A stretch of DNA of 64,000 nucleotides from Octopus vulgaris (GCA_951406725.2 OX597833.1:43276001-43340000); one strand, 5' to 3'. Positions 27,629 through 43,403 are shown, counted from the stretch's first letter. The notes: a model not told the origin generated them from the letters alone. Program-made: numbers and translations.

Positions 27629-30424
27629 CTTACATACATCGTCGTAAGAATTAAACACGAGTGAAACTATAACCTTTAAGCGAATGAATAAAAATCGATA
27701 TATACATATTGATTTCTCCCTCTATTTTTACATTCTCTATTTTCCACTATTTTCTCTGTTGTCTATGTTTTTTTTACTTACTCATGAAAACACACATACG
27801 CACTGAAACAAACACATTCCAACACAAACGTATACACGTACAGGGGTACTTATACAATCATACACACATACAGGGGTACTTATACAATCAAGGTAGAATA
27901 CATACCAACATAAATGCATTGAATAAATATGTACGTATGCAAACACGCGCAAGTACACACACATACACACACACACACTCACACGCACATACACACGCAC
28001 ATCTTCACATAGACACACAACAAAGAAGACAGAACTACATACATAAATATGCACTCACATAACACTTATAAAACACGCACACACACACACACACAAATAC
28101 ATACTCTCTTTCTTTTGCTTCATCTCCGCCTGTCTATCTCTCTCTCTCTCTGTCTCTCTGTCTCTCTCTCTGTCTCTCTCTCTCTGTCTCCCTCTCTCTC
28201 TCTCTCTCTGACTCCCTCTCTCTCTATCTCTCTCTGTCTCCCTCTCTCTCTCTCTGACTCCCTCTCTCTCTCTCTCTCTGTGTCTCCCTCTATCTCTCCC
28301 TCTCTCTCTCCCTCTCCCTCTCTCTCTATGCCTCCCTCTCTCTCTATGCCTCCCCCCTCTCTCTATGCCTCACTCTCTCTCTCTTTCTCTCTTTCACACA
28401 CATTCAATTATATATCCACACAAAGAAATGCATATGCCAAAACAAATACAGTAAAAAAACATATATATGTAAAAAAACATATGTATATATATCTTTACAC
28501 ACACATACACACACACAAACTAATTCATATGTATACACACATTCACGCATATATACACAGGTACACACACAAAATAACCGTTTCATCGTGAAGACATTTC
28601 CGATTTCCACCCATACACCCGTCCAAACTCCTCTGGTATCTTTTAATCTCGGTCCGATAACAGATTCACTTGAATACTCCACCACCCCCACCCCCACCCC
28701 ACACACAACGCATAGCCCCTTCTATCTTTTAATCTGGCTCCGAGACCCATGTAGCAACCCACCCACCCGGCCATCCTCTAAATTTTCCGCGTTTGATATC
28801 TCTTAATCTGATTTCCGATACCCCAGAAATATGTTTTACCTTTATATATATTATCCAGAGATAGAGACGAGGGGAGGGAAACGGAAAGAAGAAATGCAAG
28901 AGAAAGGGATGGTGGTGGGAGGGCGGGTGGGTGGTTGCAAGAGAAGTGAAAGAGTAAACATAGCGAGAGAGAGAGGAGGAGGAGGAGGAGAGGGTAAGAT
29001 CTGGCATGAGAAGACGGTAAAGGTAGACAGGTGCAAACGTCGGTAGCAGGAGAGAGAGTTAGTTGGCAGTATCAGACAGGCCTGTGATGATGATGTGTAT
29101 GGGTTGGGATGATGGGGTGGGGTGGGGATGGAGAGGGGCAGGGCGGGGGGGGGGGTAATTATGGCAGAAGGAAGGATGTAGGTACAAATTGAATTCCATT
29201 TAAAGAGGTTGTCATAATTGTAGACCACCATCACAACCAACACTTATCTCCACCACTACCAGCACCACCAACAACAACAACAACAATAACAACAACAATA
29301 GCAATACCAACACCAACACCAACAGCGCTCTCATCCACGTTACTCTAGCAACACTACCCACCGTCAACGCCCCTCACTGATGCCGTTACTTTTTGCAATC
29401 AATACCAAATTAGGAATACGGCAAGTTAACGGCTTTTTAAAGGATTTAGTCTTGTCAGAATGTTAGTGATATGACAGCTTTATCGCTTCGGTCATCTACT
29501 AGTCGTTGTTGTTGTTTGACCCTTAGGTCAGCTCTGTACGAAGAGATATATAAGCAAAGTGTATACGAGTCGTGACGATTTCATATTTTCATTCATATTT
29601 TTATCCAACATACATACGTACACACATACTCACAAATGTACATATACACGTACATACATGCACCTACACACGTACATACACACACATACATGCACACACA
29701 CACACATACAAACACACATGCATACACATGTTGTGTAGTACATGAATCAAATGTACCTATGTTACAGAACGGGTGAATATGTACTTTAAAATGCTCATGA
29801 AATAACGCAACATGCTTCACATCTAACCATCGACTCATGGCTAAAATATATTACAAAAGCACAGAATGGAAAACTTCATGAGCATGAAGTCACAAGCCTT
29901 TAGGTCTCAGGGTATATTTCGGACAACCAGCGCAATATATAGATACGCAAGATGGAAGTAAAACGAATGTAGTCAATTTCACGACTCAAACTGTTACATC
30001 GAACACAAAAGTATGCCTACTTTCTTGTCAATTGACCATGCAGTCACAGCAAGGAATCAATACAACTAGTTATAAGCCAGTATTCGTAATAAAATTAGAT
30101 TATTTTAATCATATCTCCACAAAAAAAGGGGAGATGTATTATAGAAGTTTTATTGATATCAAAATATAACAAAACAATGAACACAGAAATACATCAGATG
30201 GAAACAAACCAAGAAATCTACCAGGAATTAACCGCTGAATAATTTAAAATCCAGCATTATAAAAGTTATATTGATCTTTTCACCTATTACAAAGCAAGAG
30301 AATATCGCGATAATGCAAATACCATTTCATTGAAAGGATGTTACTAAGAGCGATCTTAAGGAGTTAATGGACTTGGAGATACTATTGTTTCAAAGTGAAC
30401 TAATTAGAAGTTTTGTTTTTTTTT

Positions 30425-30824
30425 TATACTTGTTTCAGTCATTTGACTGCGGCCATGCAGGAGCACCGCCTTTAATCGAGCAACTCGACCCCGGGACTTA
30501 TTCTTTGTAAGCCCAGCACTTATTCTATCGGTCTCTTTTGCCGAACCGCTAAGTGACGGGGACATAAACACACCAGCATCGGTTGTCAAGCAATGCTAGG
30601 GGGACAAACACAGACACAAACACACACACATACACATACATATATATATATATATATATACATATATACGACAGGCTTCTTTCAGTTTCCGTCTACTAAA
30701 TCCACTCACAAGGCTTTAGTCGGCCCGAGGCTATAGTAGAAGACACTTGCCCAAGGTGCCACGTAGTGGGACTGAACCTGGTTGGTAAACAAGCTACTTA
30801 CCACACAGCCACTCCTGCGCCTAT
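30425..30824 (-). mobile_element. SINE family B
   Basis: Full-length match to 51783-52276, with a small deletion in the head. Confidence 0.9.
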
Positions 30825-30924
30825 GAAAAATTAATAATAAAAATGGTTATTATCGAACGCAATCGTATCTTTAATACAACACACACACACATACACCCAT
30901 GCGCATACACACATACACATAACG

Positions 30925-31200
30925 CTTAGCTGTCACTCGCAAGGCGGCGTGACCGGGTAGCTTGTATCACGCTTTTTCTAATTGTTTTAGTCGTGAGCCG
31001 ACATGAATGCCCTCTCGACTTTTGGTACTCTTGACCCAGCTGAATATCGAGGATGTAACAGCCGGAGGGAGATAGGGCTCCACAAATAGCCTGCTGGTAG
31101 TTATTTTCGGGTGAGTTGATTGGAGAGATGTGAAATGATGTGCTTTGATCAAGGACACAACATTCCGCCTTCAATTAAGAATCGAGCCTTATGATCCTGA
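30925..31200 (-). mobile_element. CORE-like SINE (family D-related), decayed
   Basis: GATCAAGGACACAAC and GAATCGAGCC blocks as in 53968-54291. Confidence 0.5.
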
Positions 31201-31359
31201 GCCTTTTGATCCTAAGCTCAACACTGACTACGTTCTAAAGGCCAACAAAGATCTAATAGAACACTATGAAATGCATGTAGGAGATTCAGACGAAACGTCA
31301 ATCAGACAGAATCAAAATACAAAGAACTACAAAATTACAGAATATTGATTTCAAATGTT

Positions 31360-31490
31360 GACACAAGGCCAGTAGTTTCAGCTGTTACTTATTTTATCGA
31401 CCCCGAAAGGATGAAAAGTAAAGTCGACCCCAGTGACATTTGAACTCAGAACCTTAAGACAGAAGAAATGCTGCTCTGCGTTTCACCCAT
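31360..31490 (-). mobile_element. SINE family A fragment
   Basis: TACTTATTTTATCGACCCCGAAAGGATGAAA...TTTGAACTCAGAAC. Confidence 0.8.
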
Positions 31491-31649
31491 CGTCGCGTTG
31501 TAACTATATTACAAATTAATATAGCCGTTTTTAAGATTATGATTATTAATACTAATATTAACTTTTTAATGGGATCCCCATCTTCTTGCTCTTTCTCCTA
31601 CAACACCTCACGGAAACGCCGCTACAACCACAGCCGCCGCTACTACTAT

Positions 31650-31747
<98 letters not shown>

Positions 31748-31881
31748 TCCCAGTTTTTACCCTTGCTACTGGAATATTTAAACAACGTAATGATCGTGAT
31801 GTTTATAAAAGCTATGTAAATATCAGAATACGCGCGCATATATATATATAAAACTAACTAACTATATATAAAAACTAAGTA

Positions 31882-31937
<56 letters not shown>

Positions 31938-32710
31938 TAGTTAGTTTTTCTTTCTTTTTGTATTCAATTTCTATTTTGTTCTCTTTGTTATTTTTCGTTT
32001 TTGTTATCAAGTTTTGTTTTTCTTGTTTTCCTTGTTGCTTTTATTTTTGGTATTATCTTTATTGCTATTTCTGTTCTTATTCTTATTCTCCGGCTTAGTA
32101 GTATATTCGTAGATAAACAATGAATTCTGTTACTGGTCACAAGAGTCCCATAAGTTGGGGATAGTGCCAAGTTGAAATACAGAAGAAAATAACAAACAAG
32201 AAGCAGCGAGAGATTTACATGGAATAGAAGAGTGATCAACAAAAAAATAGACAATAACATGTGGTGTCCTCCAGCCGACGGTTTATACAAAGGAAATAAT
32301 CATTCCATCATAATATTTGGTGCGATTAGAAATTCAGTTTGAAATTAAGAAATAAGAGAAAAGGTGCATAGGAGACACGTATTTAATATTTTTGGTGCTT
32401 ACTTATTACGAAGTTCTTAAAATTTCTAGTCAGTGGTAACGTGTGTGGCACTATTGCATTCTTTATAGAAATCATCAGTATGATATTGCCCGAGGTGTAT
32501 TAATTAAACATTGCATGAATCGAGACATGATAATGATATATAATAATAGCAATTTAGAACAAATAACAAAATATAATCTAAATAAAACCAAGAAGGGACC
32601 CCAAAAATATGGAGTACTACTACATAGAATGATTGGAGGTATTGCATGTACAACTCCCTTTAGTTTTTGCCTCATATCTACATTCATATATATATGTATG
32701 TAAATATATA

Positions 32711-32763
<53 letters not shown>

Positions 32764-32789
32764 ATACATATATATGTATATGTATATAT

Positions 32790-32886
<97 letters not shown>

Positions 32887-32989
32887 TAGACAGATTTAGC
32901 CACACCAATTCCCCTACTCTCACTCGCGTTTCATAAAATTTACTAGAAATATATCCGTCTATCCTCTACTCTTACCTTTCCTCTTCACA

Positions 32990-34760
32990 TAACCTGTGAA
33001 GTTGATGAAGGCATACCCCGAGAACAAAAGACTCGCTCTCTTGTATTTCAACCGCGCTCGTCACATAACTTCATTCTCCAGAATTACAACGCAATGGAAG
33101 ATTAACTGTTCTTCCTTACTACGATTAACTCGGCCGAAAACTAGATCCCTCTTGCACGTATTAAGCTTTATGACATACATCTACAAATTAGCAATGCATA
33201 GACACAGAACGAGTGTCTGCTTGATGGTTTCATTGCCCCGGTAGCATGTTGGACTCGCTCAGTTGTTCGTATGTCCGTGCTAGTAGAGTTTGTCCTGAAA
33301 AGATATTGCCCCTTCCCGTAGCACCGTCATATTAATGGTTTTCGGAAATTGTCTATGGTACTCGACTTGAAATTCTTCCAGAAGAGACTGCCTAGACTCT
33401 TTTCGTCAACAATCAGACTTGCTTCTATATCTTTGTTACTCGTACCCCGCCACTAACCCTTGATAGAATGCGTGTGCTGACATTCTGCCAACGACATTAT
33501 CTAGCTAGTGGAGTGCAGAAAGCGACTGGTAACATTCTAACATTCTTGATGGCAAACACCCAACCGTGGTTCAGATACCCCCTTACCGTATAGTCATGTC
33601 ATCTCAGGAGCCCAATCCACTCGTCTTTGTTAATTATTGCTTCCGTTACCTCCAGGGACTCCTTCAGAATAGAGTCGACTACCTTGATTTCCGATGTAAC
33701 AAATACGATGACGGCGCACTATCTGCATATATAAACGCGTATATAAAATTATCCAGCTCCCGAGCTGATATTGTAGTGATAGCTGGAGGACTAAAATATA
33801 CAGAAGGGGCCTGAGGGGGGCTTTCTTTGATGGACAGAGTGCATCATACGAAATAATCTTTCTAGACAACCCTTTAATTTAATACCTGAATAGCTGCTGT
33901 TGTACATTACAGCGATCCAGTCTCTGAAGACTATGCTTCGAAAAGTTGTCTGGTAGTGATGTTCACACCCGTTGTACCTATTAGACATTAATCAATTAAT
34001 CAGATCTTGTGTGACTGTCTTTACGATGTATCACATAAATTATAGCCAATCGTGAAGAGATTTGTTGAGGATCGCACATGTTTCTACGTCTTCGAAACGA
34101 CTATCGACAAGTGTTAACTTCTTGGTGAACACGTTTAGTAGATCCTTTAATTCTGTACAGAGAAGAGTTGTAGGTCTGAAATTTTCTATTACCCTCTTCG
34201 TTCGTTCGGTTCTTTGTAGCAACAACACTACTCAGCTCAAACAAGTTGGAATTTTCTCAATCTACTGCCAGCTGCAATAGACAGTGGCTAAGGCATATCC
34301 AACATGTCATGGAACAAATAAGGTTATGAGAGTAAGTCATCTTGTCCCAGCGAATTGACCATCACACAACAGCTCAGTAGGCCTTCTGTTTTATCTGCAT
34401 TAACGAAATCTTTCTTTCTCGTCGTCTTTCGCTCTCACTCTCTCTCACTTTGTGAAGTAATTTGCGTCTTCAGTCGAGAATCTTGGTAGGCTATCGAAGT
34501 AAGTATTGAGGGTTACTGTTTCTATCGTTCCTTACAAACTGTTGTGTAAAGTGTTGTTGGAAAAACACACGCATCCGCTTGAAATCAGATAGCACATAGC
34601 GATATGTCAAAGACTGAAGAGTGATTTTTTAAATATCATTTTACACCTACACCAACAAAGTTCAGTGAACCGCTTTAGTGGCCTCATATTTCAGAGTACG
34701 CGTTTTAGTATGAACAATGTATCCTTCATATTTCGCTTCGAAAAATGTAGTCAAGGGCCA
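32990..34760 (-). pseudogene. Old, decayed Tx1/L1-clade LINE ORF2
   Basis: ORF 34040-34228 gives NFRPTTLLCTELKDLLNVFTKKL (RT NFRPITLLN.ELKI motif); boundaries approximate. Confidence 0.6.
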
Positions 34761-34920
34761 TTCTTGCAACAATCATGTAAATGATACCTTTTCTGTGAGC
34801 TCTTTCTGATCGAATCAGCTAATCTCTGTTGTTACATCTTTGCTAAAACTAACTAATTTTACTATAATTTTCCTTTCTAGTGAGACCCACTATTTGCTAT
34901 TATATATAACTGCACCAGTT

Positions 34921-35140
34921 AGGCAGCGAGCTGACTGAATCGGCAACATGCCGGGCAAAAAATACTTGGCGGCATTTCGTCCGTCTTTAAGTTCCGAGTT
35001 CAAATTCCGTCAAGGTCCGATTTTGTCTTTCATCCTTTCGGGGTCGATAAAATAAGTACCAGTTGAACACTGAGGTCGATGTAATCGACTTACTACCCTC
35101 TCTCGAATTTGCTGGCCTGGTGCGAAAATTTGAAACCAAT
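34921..35140 (+). mobile_element. SINE family A
   Basis: Full head, core and tail match; an internally deleted copy lies at about 35600-35708. Confidence 0.85.
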
Positions 35141-35879
35141 AATTGCACCAGTCCCTTTGGGCTTAAATAATTTCGAAAGGTTAGTATGTGTCATACTATA
35201 TTTCTGTTTTACTTTTTTGGATTTGTAGGTTGAAATTGAGTTTCAAATTTTATTTTAAGTAAGCCTCGTTTATTTAAGTATATTTTTAGTGTTTTTCAGT
35301 TTTTAAAACCTTTAATATTAACGCGTTATGTTTCTTCCTGGGCTTTTAATAAATTTTCTTAACGAGATATGATTAAGAAGGAATCCGAAAACACAGATAT
35401 ACAAGGTGTGAATGCAGAAAAAGTTGAGGTTTTGTATGACGAAACAATTTATATGCATACATCCCTTACCCTACCACAATAAATTATTGATGCTTATATA
35501 TTGTATAAAAGCGAACAACTGTGAAAAATATTTGCATAAAAGTATGAACGGAACCTTTTGTTTATTCATCCAATAAGAAGAGATATTAGCCATACCTTAA
35601 TGCGGTGAGTTGGTGGCTGACTCGTTAGAAGGCCGGGCAAAATTCTTAGCGGCATTTTGTCCGTCGCTACGTTCTAAGTTCAAACACGGCCAAAATTTGA
35701 AACCAATATTAATTATACCTTTTTAACTGTATATTCTGAAGAATATGTTTTAAACGAAATACTACTTCTTGAACCTTGATAGAAACATAAGAAACACTTT
35801 CTACAAGGAGTCGAGTATTATATTCCGGTATTTTGAACTCTCATCTAAGTTCTTACGAGACTCGAATATGCAATTTTAA

Positions 35880-36625
<746 letters not shown>

Positions 36626-38159
36626 ATAAAAGAAAGCTACCTACATTTTGTAGCCGAATTTCTTACTGCATGTAGGATTCTATCCTGTTTGTCTTGGGTG
36701 ACAGGGTGACAGGGTGTCAGGGTGTCAGATGGCAGTCACCGTCTCAGCTTGATGAAAATTACGATTATAATTTTGACCGAGATGGATATTGTAGTATCGG
36801 GTTTGTAACACCTCGATTATTATTCTGGATATCGTTGTAAGTAAATTTAGAGCAGGCCTCCTCTTATTTTTTGCACTTTGACATCAAATCATGTCACTTG
36901 TTCAATATCTCAAGAAATTTCATAATCATCTTTTAAAAGAATTTCATGACCAAACAGAACAAATATCTTTACATATGTTTGCCTAGTGAGGTGCAGTTTC
37001 CTCTTCTACATATCAGGTTATTGCTCTTTAAATTCCTTTCACTTTTCACCTCTACATGTATCTGGATATTGACATAAAAATTCTTTTTTGTTGACTCTGA
37101 AGACAGTTGGGGAGGAGATGCCAGATCTTCAACGTAGTATCTGTAAATAGATAAGAGCTCTTCACATCTATGAATAATACCGTGGCACAATGCACAATGA
37201 CCTTCATTAGGTAATTAGCGTTTCTAAAGTTGCATTAATGCAATTTCTTTGACTAGTTCTTACGGTTGTTATCAGTGATGCGATATTTTCACTGAGCGTG
37301 ATTCATTTTTACTGCGTGTTTGTAAAACCGCTGGTGGAATTTGTGGTTGGTGGAGAAAGTGCCTGTTTATCAACACTATGTTTCTAGCTGTGTTAGCTGC
37401 TTCGTTCACATTAACGAATACGCAGAACTGGATGAATGTTATCTGGTTTTGCTTTTCTGTGTTCTGTTTCTGATTACATTGTGGTTTCTCATTAAACATT
37501 TTTACAACCTCACTACAATAATGTTTAACGCAATTTAATGTTATTTACTCTATTGTGGGTTTCCGTTTCGTTTTCTCTAATAATATTGTTAATGTTTTAT
37601 CTCATGTTAACACTGACCGAACAGACTCTGATCAAATGCACTCAAGCCATAACCATGTCGTCTTTCCTTTTCATGAAGACTGTAGATTGAAATACATTAA
37701 TAAGTACTTTCGAAAAGTGGAGTGTGGTTTGAGTGAGGTTCGGCTGATATTTCAGATAGAGCGAATGACCACGCAGAGATTACGTTGTTTGTATATCTAA
37801 GAATGTTGTTCACCAGCTGACAATTTGACCAGTTGTTAGGTCTAGCACTGTATATATGTGTGCGAGTGCGTCTGTGTGAGAGAGAGAGAGACAGACAGGC
37901 AGAGACAGACAGACTGGCATACAGACGGATGAACAGACAGATTGACAAACACATAGAAAGAGACACAGAAGGGGAAAAAGACAGAGGGAGAAAGAATGCG
38001 TACCTGTACAAGCGTATGAAAAGGAGGAACGAGTTGGACGGTTTCAATTCCAGGTTTTCTGAACTACCCACGGGCTATATTTTCTCACTGACACTAAGTA
38101 TATGTTTATTGAACAGACTTCATATGATGTTTTAATTTATATATGCATGTGTAACCATT

Positions 38160-38204
<45 letters not shown>

Positions 38205-38215
<11 letters not shown>

Positions 38216-38367
38216 TGTTCCTTCTCAAGCCATGCCTGGCTCATAAGGACTGGTTTCCCGGTTTCATTGGCGTATAGGTTCCCCACCTGAACGGGATGCC
38301 GGGTCCGTCGCAGATGAGCTATTAGACGCAGGAAGAAAGAGTGAGAGAAAGTTGTGGCGAAAGAGTC

Positions 38368-38368
<1 letters not shown>
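38205..38368 (-). mobile_element. SINE family C 3' fragment
   Basis: Similar to 25790-25940. Confidence 0.65.
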
Positions 38369-38424
<56 letters not shown>

Positions 38425-38639
38425 TGTATGTATTTTTAATGTTTCGCCGACATCTGTGCTTAATTTCTTTTTCTTTTTTCTTCTTTTCTTTCTTTTTGGG
38501 ATGCTGTTTCACATTCAAGTCTTCTTTGAGGCTAGTCCAGCTGTTTTGGGGTTGTGGGATTGGTCACCAAGCTGAGAGTACTTCTAAGGAAATCACTGCC
38601 ATTACCTAGGATGTTCTCTTTTCAGCAGGTTTATATACT

Positions 38640-39290
38640 GTTGTTGTGTAGTAAGTGTTGTATGAGAGAGACAACACGACATTTAAAGGCTGTCTACCCT
38701 GATCTCGAACCTCGACCTCTTTCATCTCTCTTTCCTCTGTTTCTATGACAGTTACCAGTAGATGTTAGGATGTTGCATATTTTAATGTCAAATATCTCGA
38801 ATGTTAGTATCAGCACTGGTGCTACAAATGCATTATGGGACATTCTCTTGTTAAGAAGAGAGTTCCTACTGCTTTATTTTTGGATCATTCTTCCTTTATT
38901 CGTATCAATTTTGTATATGTTTTCACTAATGAATAGGTATTTGTGTTGAACAGAAGAAAAAAGAAACACTGTTGATGCACGCTTTTGAGGGTTGGAGGAC
39001 CGATATTCCATGTTCAACAATCAAATGCGAACACTTTGGGCCAAATTCTATTCCTATGTCAACTGAAAATGCTATCAAGTCCAGCAGGGTTTTTTTTTTT
39101 TTTTCGGGGAGTTGCAGTACTGTAAACATGTTGGCATAGATCTTCAGGTCATACACAAACAAATTATGAGTTGCATTGCTTTGGTAATTCTTGTAGCGGC
39201 ATGTAGCCACTGGAGTTTTGTAGCAGAAATGGAAATGGATTTAATGCCAAAATAAATAATTACAGAAAGACTACCTGGAACTATCTACCT
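38640..39290 (-). pseudogene. Decayed R4/Dong-type RT fragment
   Basis: ORF 38926-39210 gives THNLFVYDLKIYA...FSVDIGIEFGPKC, matching the HLLF.DDLKLYA...FS.DIGM.FG..KC catalytic region with DD mutated. Confidence 0.7.
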
Positions 39291-39434
39291 ATCTATCTAC
39301 TTACCTACGTATCTAGCTTCCTAATAACCAACATACATACATACATACATACATACATACATACATACATACATACATACATACATACATACATACATTC
39401 ATTCATACATATATACATATACTCATACGTACAT

Positions 39435-39487
<53 letters not shown>

Positions 39488-39672
39488 AAGGAGTACAACT
39501 CCAAACTTATAGGGAAAAATTCAAAATTTCACAATATAAATGTATAAAATATAAATTAGAGATAAAACCACTATTATACATAAACCAAAACATAAATAAC
39601 AAATATTATATATATTTATAAAACATATAACTAGATCTCAAAAAGTATAAAAATGAATGATCAATATATAAG

Positions 39673-39734
<62 letters not shown>

Positions 39735-40031
39735 TGTGTGTGTGTGCATGCGTATATGTATGTAATTATAGTGATATGTATGCTTTTCTGATAAATGTAC
39801 AAAAAATACAAATTTTCAATGAAGAAACATTCAATACGGACAAGTGTATATGCTTTTGTGTGTACTACTAAAGCTGTCTGGCCTTTTATTTTCATAATTG
39901 TTGCCATTGCGTCTTGTCAGGTGCGTAATTGGATGTCAGTATATATGTGTCTGCACTTTTATAATTGCATACTTGTGTATGTGTTGTGTGTGGTTTGCTT
40001 GCCTGTCTGTATGCATATATACATATATATA

Positions 40032-40112
<81 letters not shown>

Positions 40113-40113
40113 A

Positions 40114-40149
<36 letters not shown>

Positions 40150-40859
40150 TGTATGTATGTATGTTATTCTATATTCTCTGCCGTTGCACATCCTTCAAGG
40201 TGCGCAGAGTATTTGTTTTAGTTTCGTTATATCAATATTTTTATGCTCCCTCTTACTTATCCGTGTCTTATTTTCTTTCATTCCGTCTTTCCTTCTTTCT
40301 TTCTTTCTTTTTTCTTTCTTTCTGTTTTTTCTCTGTCTCTCTCTCTCTCTCTCTCTGTTTCTCTGTCTGTCTCTCTGAATATACAAACATACACACACAT
40401 AATCGTGAAATTATTTGTGAGTATACACATGCATATATACATAAATACACATACATACATGCATAGATACATACATACATACATACATACATACATACAT
40501 ACATACAAACATACATACATACATAGAGAAATGAGTTAAGGGAAATAACTTGACTTGTAAATACCGTGAAACGTTTGGGCGCGTGCGCGTGTGTATATTT
40601 GGTTTATTTATCTATTGCTTTTATTTGAAAAGTTTAGTTGATCTACTCCAGAACTTACTTTATATCTGACACTTATTTCAATGCAATATCTTATAGGAAC
40701 GTAAGCAGCCCAACACCGGCAGTCAAGTCGCGAAAGATAAGCACCAACACAAAGACAAAAACACCGAAATTCACATATACGCTCAAACATACCTACAAAG
40801 AAAAACACACATACTGACACGCGCACACACACAAACACACACACATACACACACATACA

Positions 40860-40901
<42 letters not shown>

Positions 40902-41391
40902 CAGGCACACATGACGACACATATTCATATGCAGCTAATATGAAGAAATTTTTCAAACTAAATTCACGTTATAGTCTGAAACACAGCGTATAATCTATGG
41001 TGTATCTGTCCTTCAGACGTTCATGAAAGAAAGGGTATGGACATGTGAAGTCTTCGCCAACGAAAATACAGAGTTATCACATGAGAAAAATTGCTGTTGA
41101 TGTCTACAGCGTGAGTCAGTAACTCGTGATATCAAGAACGCAATTTCACTTGGTTTACATGAGAAAAAGTAGGATGGGAAGGAATTTGCAAGACCGCTCG
41201 AATCAAAAAAAGTGCACAAAAGAATTACTGTCAGAGTAACTGCGGAATATTAATTTCCACGATTACTACAGCAGCGCATCTTCATTCACGGAATTTTACA
41301 TTCGATGCTCGATACTGATTTCGGTAAATCGCGCACTCTTGCAGAGTCTTTTGCAATGCAAATCATGCGTATCCACATTCTTTTGTGTGTG

Positions 41392-41434
<43 letters not shown>

Positions 41435-41454
41435 TGCAACACTTTTGCTAAACA

Positions 41455-42390
41455 GCCTTCGATGTGTGGAATTTGGTGAATGAGGGAATTTGATGTTGCT
41501 GCCCTCGTCTGTGTTTCTTGCATTGAGGTAGATTCATCCGAAACTCCCCACAAGAGGAGATCCAGTTTTGCTTTGAAGATGCCTACATCCACCCCCATGT
41601 AGGTCTCTCACGCTTTGTAGGAGGATATTAAAGAATCGTGGCCCAAGCTGTTGAAGTGCCTGGTTCTGTATCCTGATGGCAATGCTGAGACTTTCGATAC
41701 TATGCATTGGAACCCCGTTCTGCTGTTTGTGTAACTGACAACGCCAAAGTTTTGTATCAATTCTAGGCTTTTCCAGATGCATATTACTACGTTGAATATT
41801 CCTGCCTTAGTTCTTGACAGAAGTGTCTTAACTCGTTCAGCCTCTCCCAGTAGCTGGCATATCACATTGAGACACTCTTCTTTGTGTAGCTTCGCTGGTT
41901 CGCCTCGAGTTCCGTCGTTAATTTTACTCTATTTGATGACCACAGTCGGGAGCAGTAATCCAGACGGCTGAGGATGAATGTCTTCCAGAGGACCATTATG
42001 GTTTCTCTCCTTCTGAAAGTTCGAAGAATTCATCAACCAACCGTCTACCATTTATTGCCAACTTAGTAATATGCACTTGGAAAGATGCATCATTACTCAT
42101 GATTTAGATTCGGTGATTTCAATCCCTCCTGGGACAATGCATCCTGTCTGCTTTGCATTGAGCTTCGTGTGTTGGTAGCACAAGACTTGGAATTTTCCAA
42201 CATTAAACTACATGTTATTTTCCTCAGCCCACCTGTATATTGCATTCAACTCTCGTTGCAGGTGTGCAATGTCTCCGGGTCTTTGTATCCTCTGAGAGAC
42301 TTTTGTATTATCCGCAAAGCTAGCAAGATTAGCTACCTGAGCAGCTGAGTGCATGTCAAAGAGAGCCACTATGAATAACAGCGGCCCCAA
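41455..42390 (-). pseudogene. CR1/L2-type LINE, 5'-truncated and frameshifted
   Basis: LGPLLFIVAL...FADNTKV...LQRELNAIYRWAEENNM, then C-terminal GPRFFNIL...FKAKLD...SNSL. Confidence 0.85.
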
Positions 42391-42394
42391 CAAA

Positions 42395-43245
42395 TGTTGA
42401 AGACACGTCAGATTAAGAAGTTTATGAAACTCAAAGATTAGAGAATGAAGACTGAAGTTCGTCACCCACCTGTGAAAGCAGTAATTAATGTAAGTAGCTA
42501 GAAAGCTCTGAAGAAGCAATACTAAACAAAGGTCTCAACTTTGCGACAACCATCAAGATCATTCCATACTTGGACATGATAGCCCCTATTGAAGAGATAG
42601 CCATAAAGATACCAAAAGCTCAGGGAGATGAACTAAGGTGGAAAGTGAGACAGGTACTAGAAAAAGCGTTCCCAAACCAAACATCATTAATGATGAAACG
42701 TTCGCTATCAAAAGACTACAACGTGACAATTCCATCATAATACTTCTAGCAGACAAGGGAAATGCTACAGTGGTGATGAACAAGTCTGACTACTCGGAAA
42801 AACTGGCAAGTCTTATAAGTGATGGTAGCTACAGCATAGTAAAGAAAGACCCTACTTTGAAAACAGAGAGGAAGTTGTCACAGATCTTGATCAAGAACAA
42901 GGATCACTTTACACCAATGAAGTACAGACAACTGACTCAACACTACAGTAAACTACCACACATGTACGGTCTTCCTAAGATCCACAAGGATGGCATTCCA
43001 TTAAGTCCTATAGTGAGCTGTAGAGGTTCAGCATGTCATCCACTGAGCTGCTTCCTTGTGGATACAATCAGTCCATTAGCAGGAAAGTCAACACCGTACG
43101 TGAAGAATTCCACCCACTTCATAGAATTGATCAAGTATACCCCCATTGAATCCAACCAGATGGTGAGTCTAGATGTGATAAATCTGTTCACCAAAGTCCC
43201 ATCTGGTGAAGCATTATCAGTGATTCAAGAAAAAACTTGTGACAA
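42395..43245 (+). pseudogene. Penelope-like element reverse transcriptase, N-terminal part
   Basis: LNKGLNFA upstream in another frame; ORF 42638-43288 gives IIILLADKGNATVVMNKSDY, YGLPKIHKDGIPLSPIVS and MVSLDVINLFTKVP, diagnostic PLE motifs; breaks off at (TA)n before the catalytic DD. Confidence 0.92.
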
Positions 43246-43247
43246 AC

Positions 43248-43282
<35 letters not shown>

Positions 43283-43367
43283 ACATAACTTTTTACCGTT
43301 TACTTGTTTCAGTTATTAAATTGCAGTAATGGTGGGGCGTTGTATGACTCAGTGAGTGAGTGTGTAT

Positions 43368-43403
<36 letters not shown>

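Noticed and set aside
32415-32478. Minus-strand CTGATGA...GAAA
   Set aside because: The only pairing consumes the GAAA itself, so stem II cannot form correctly.
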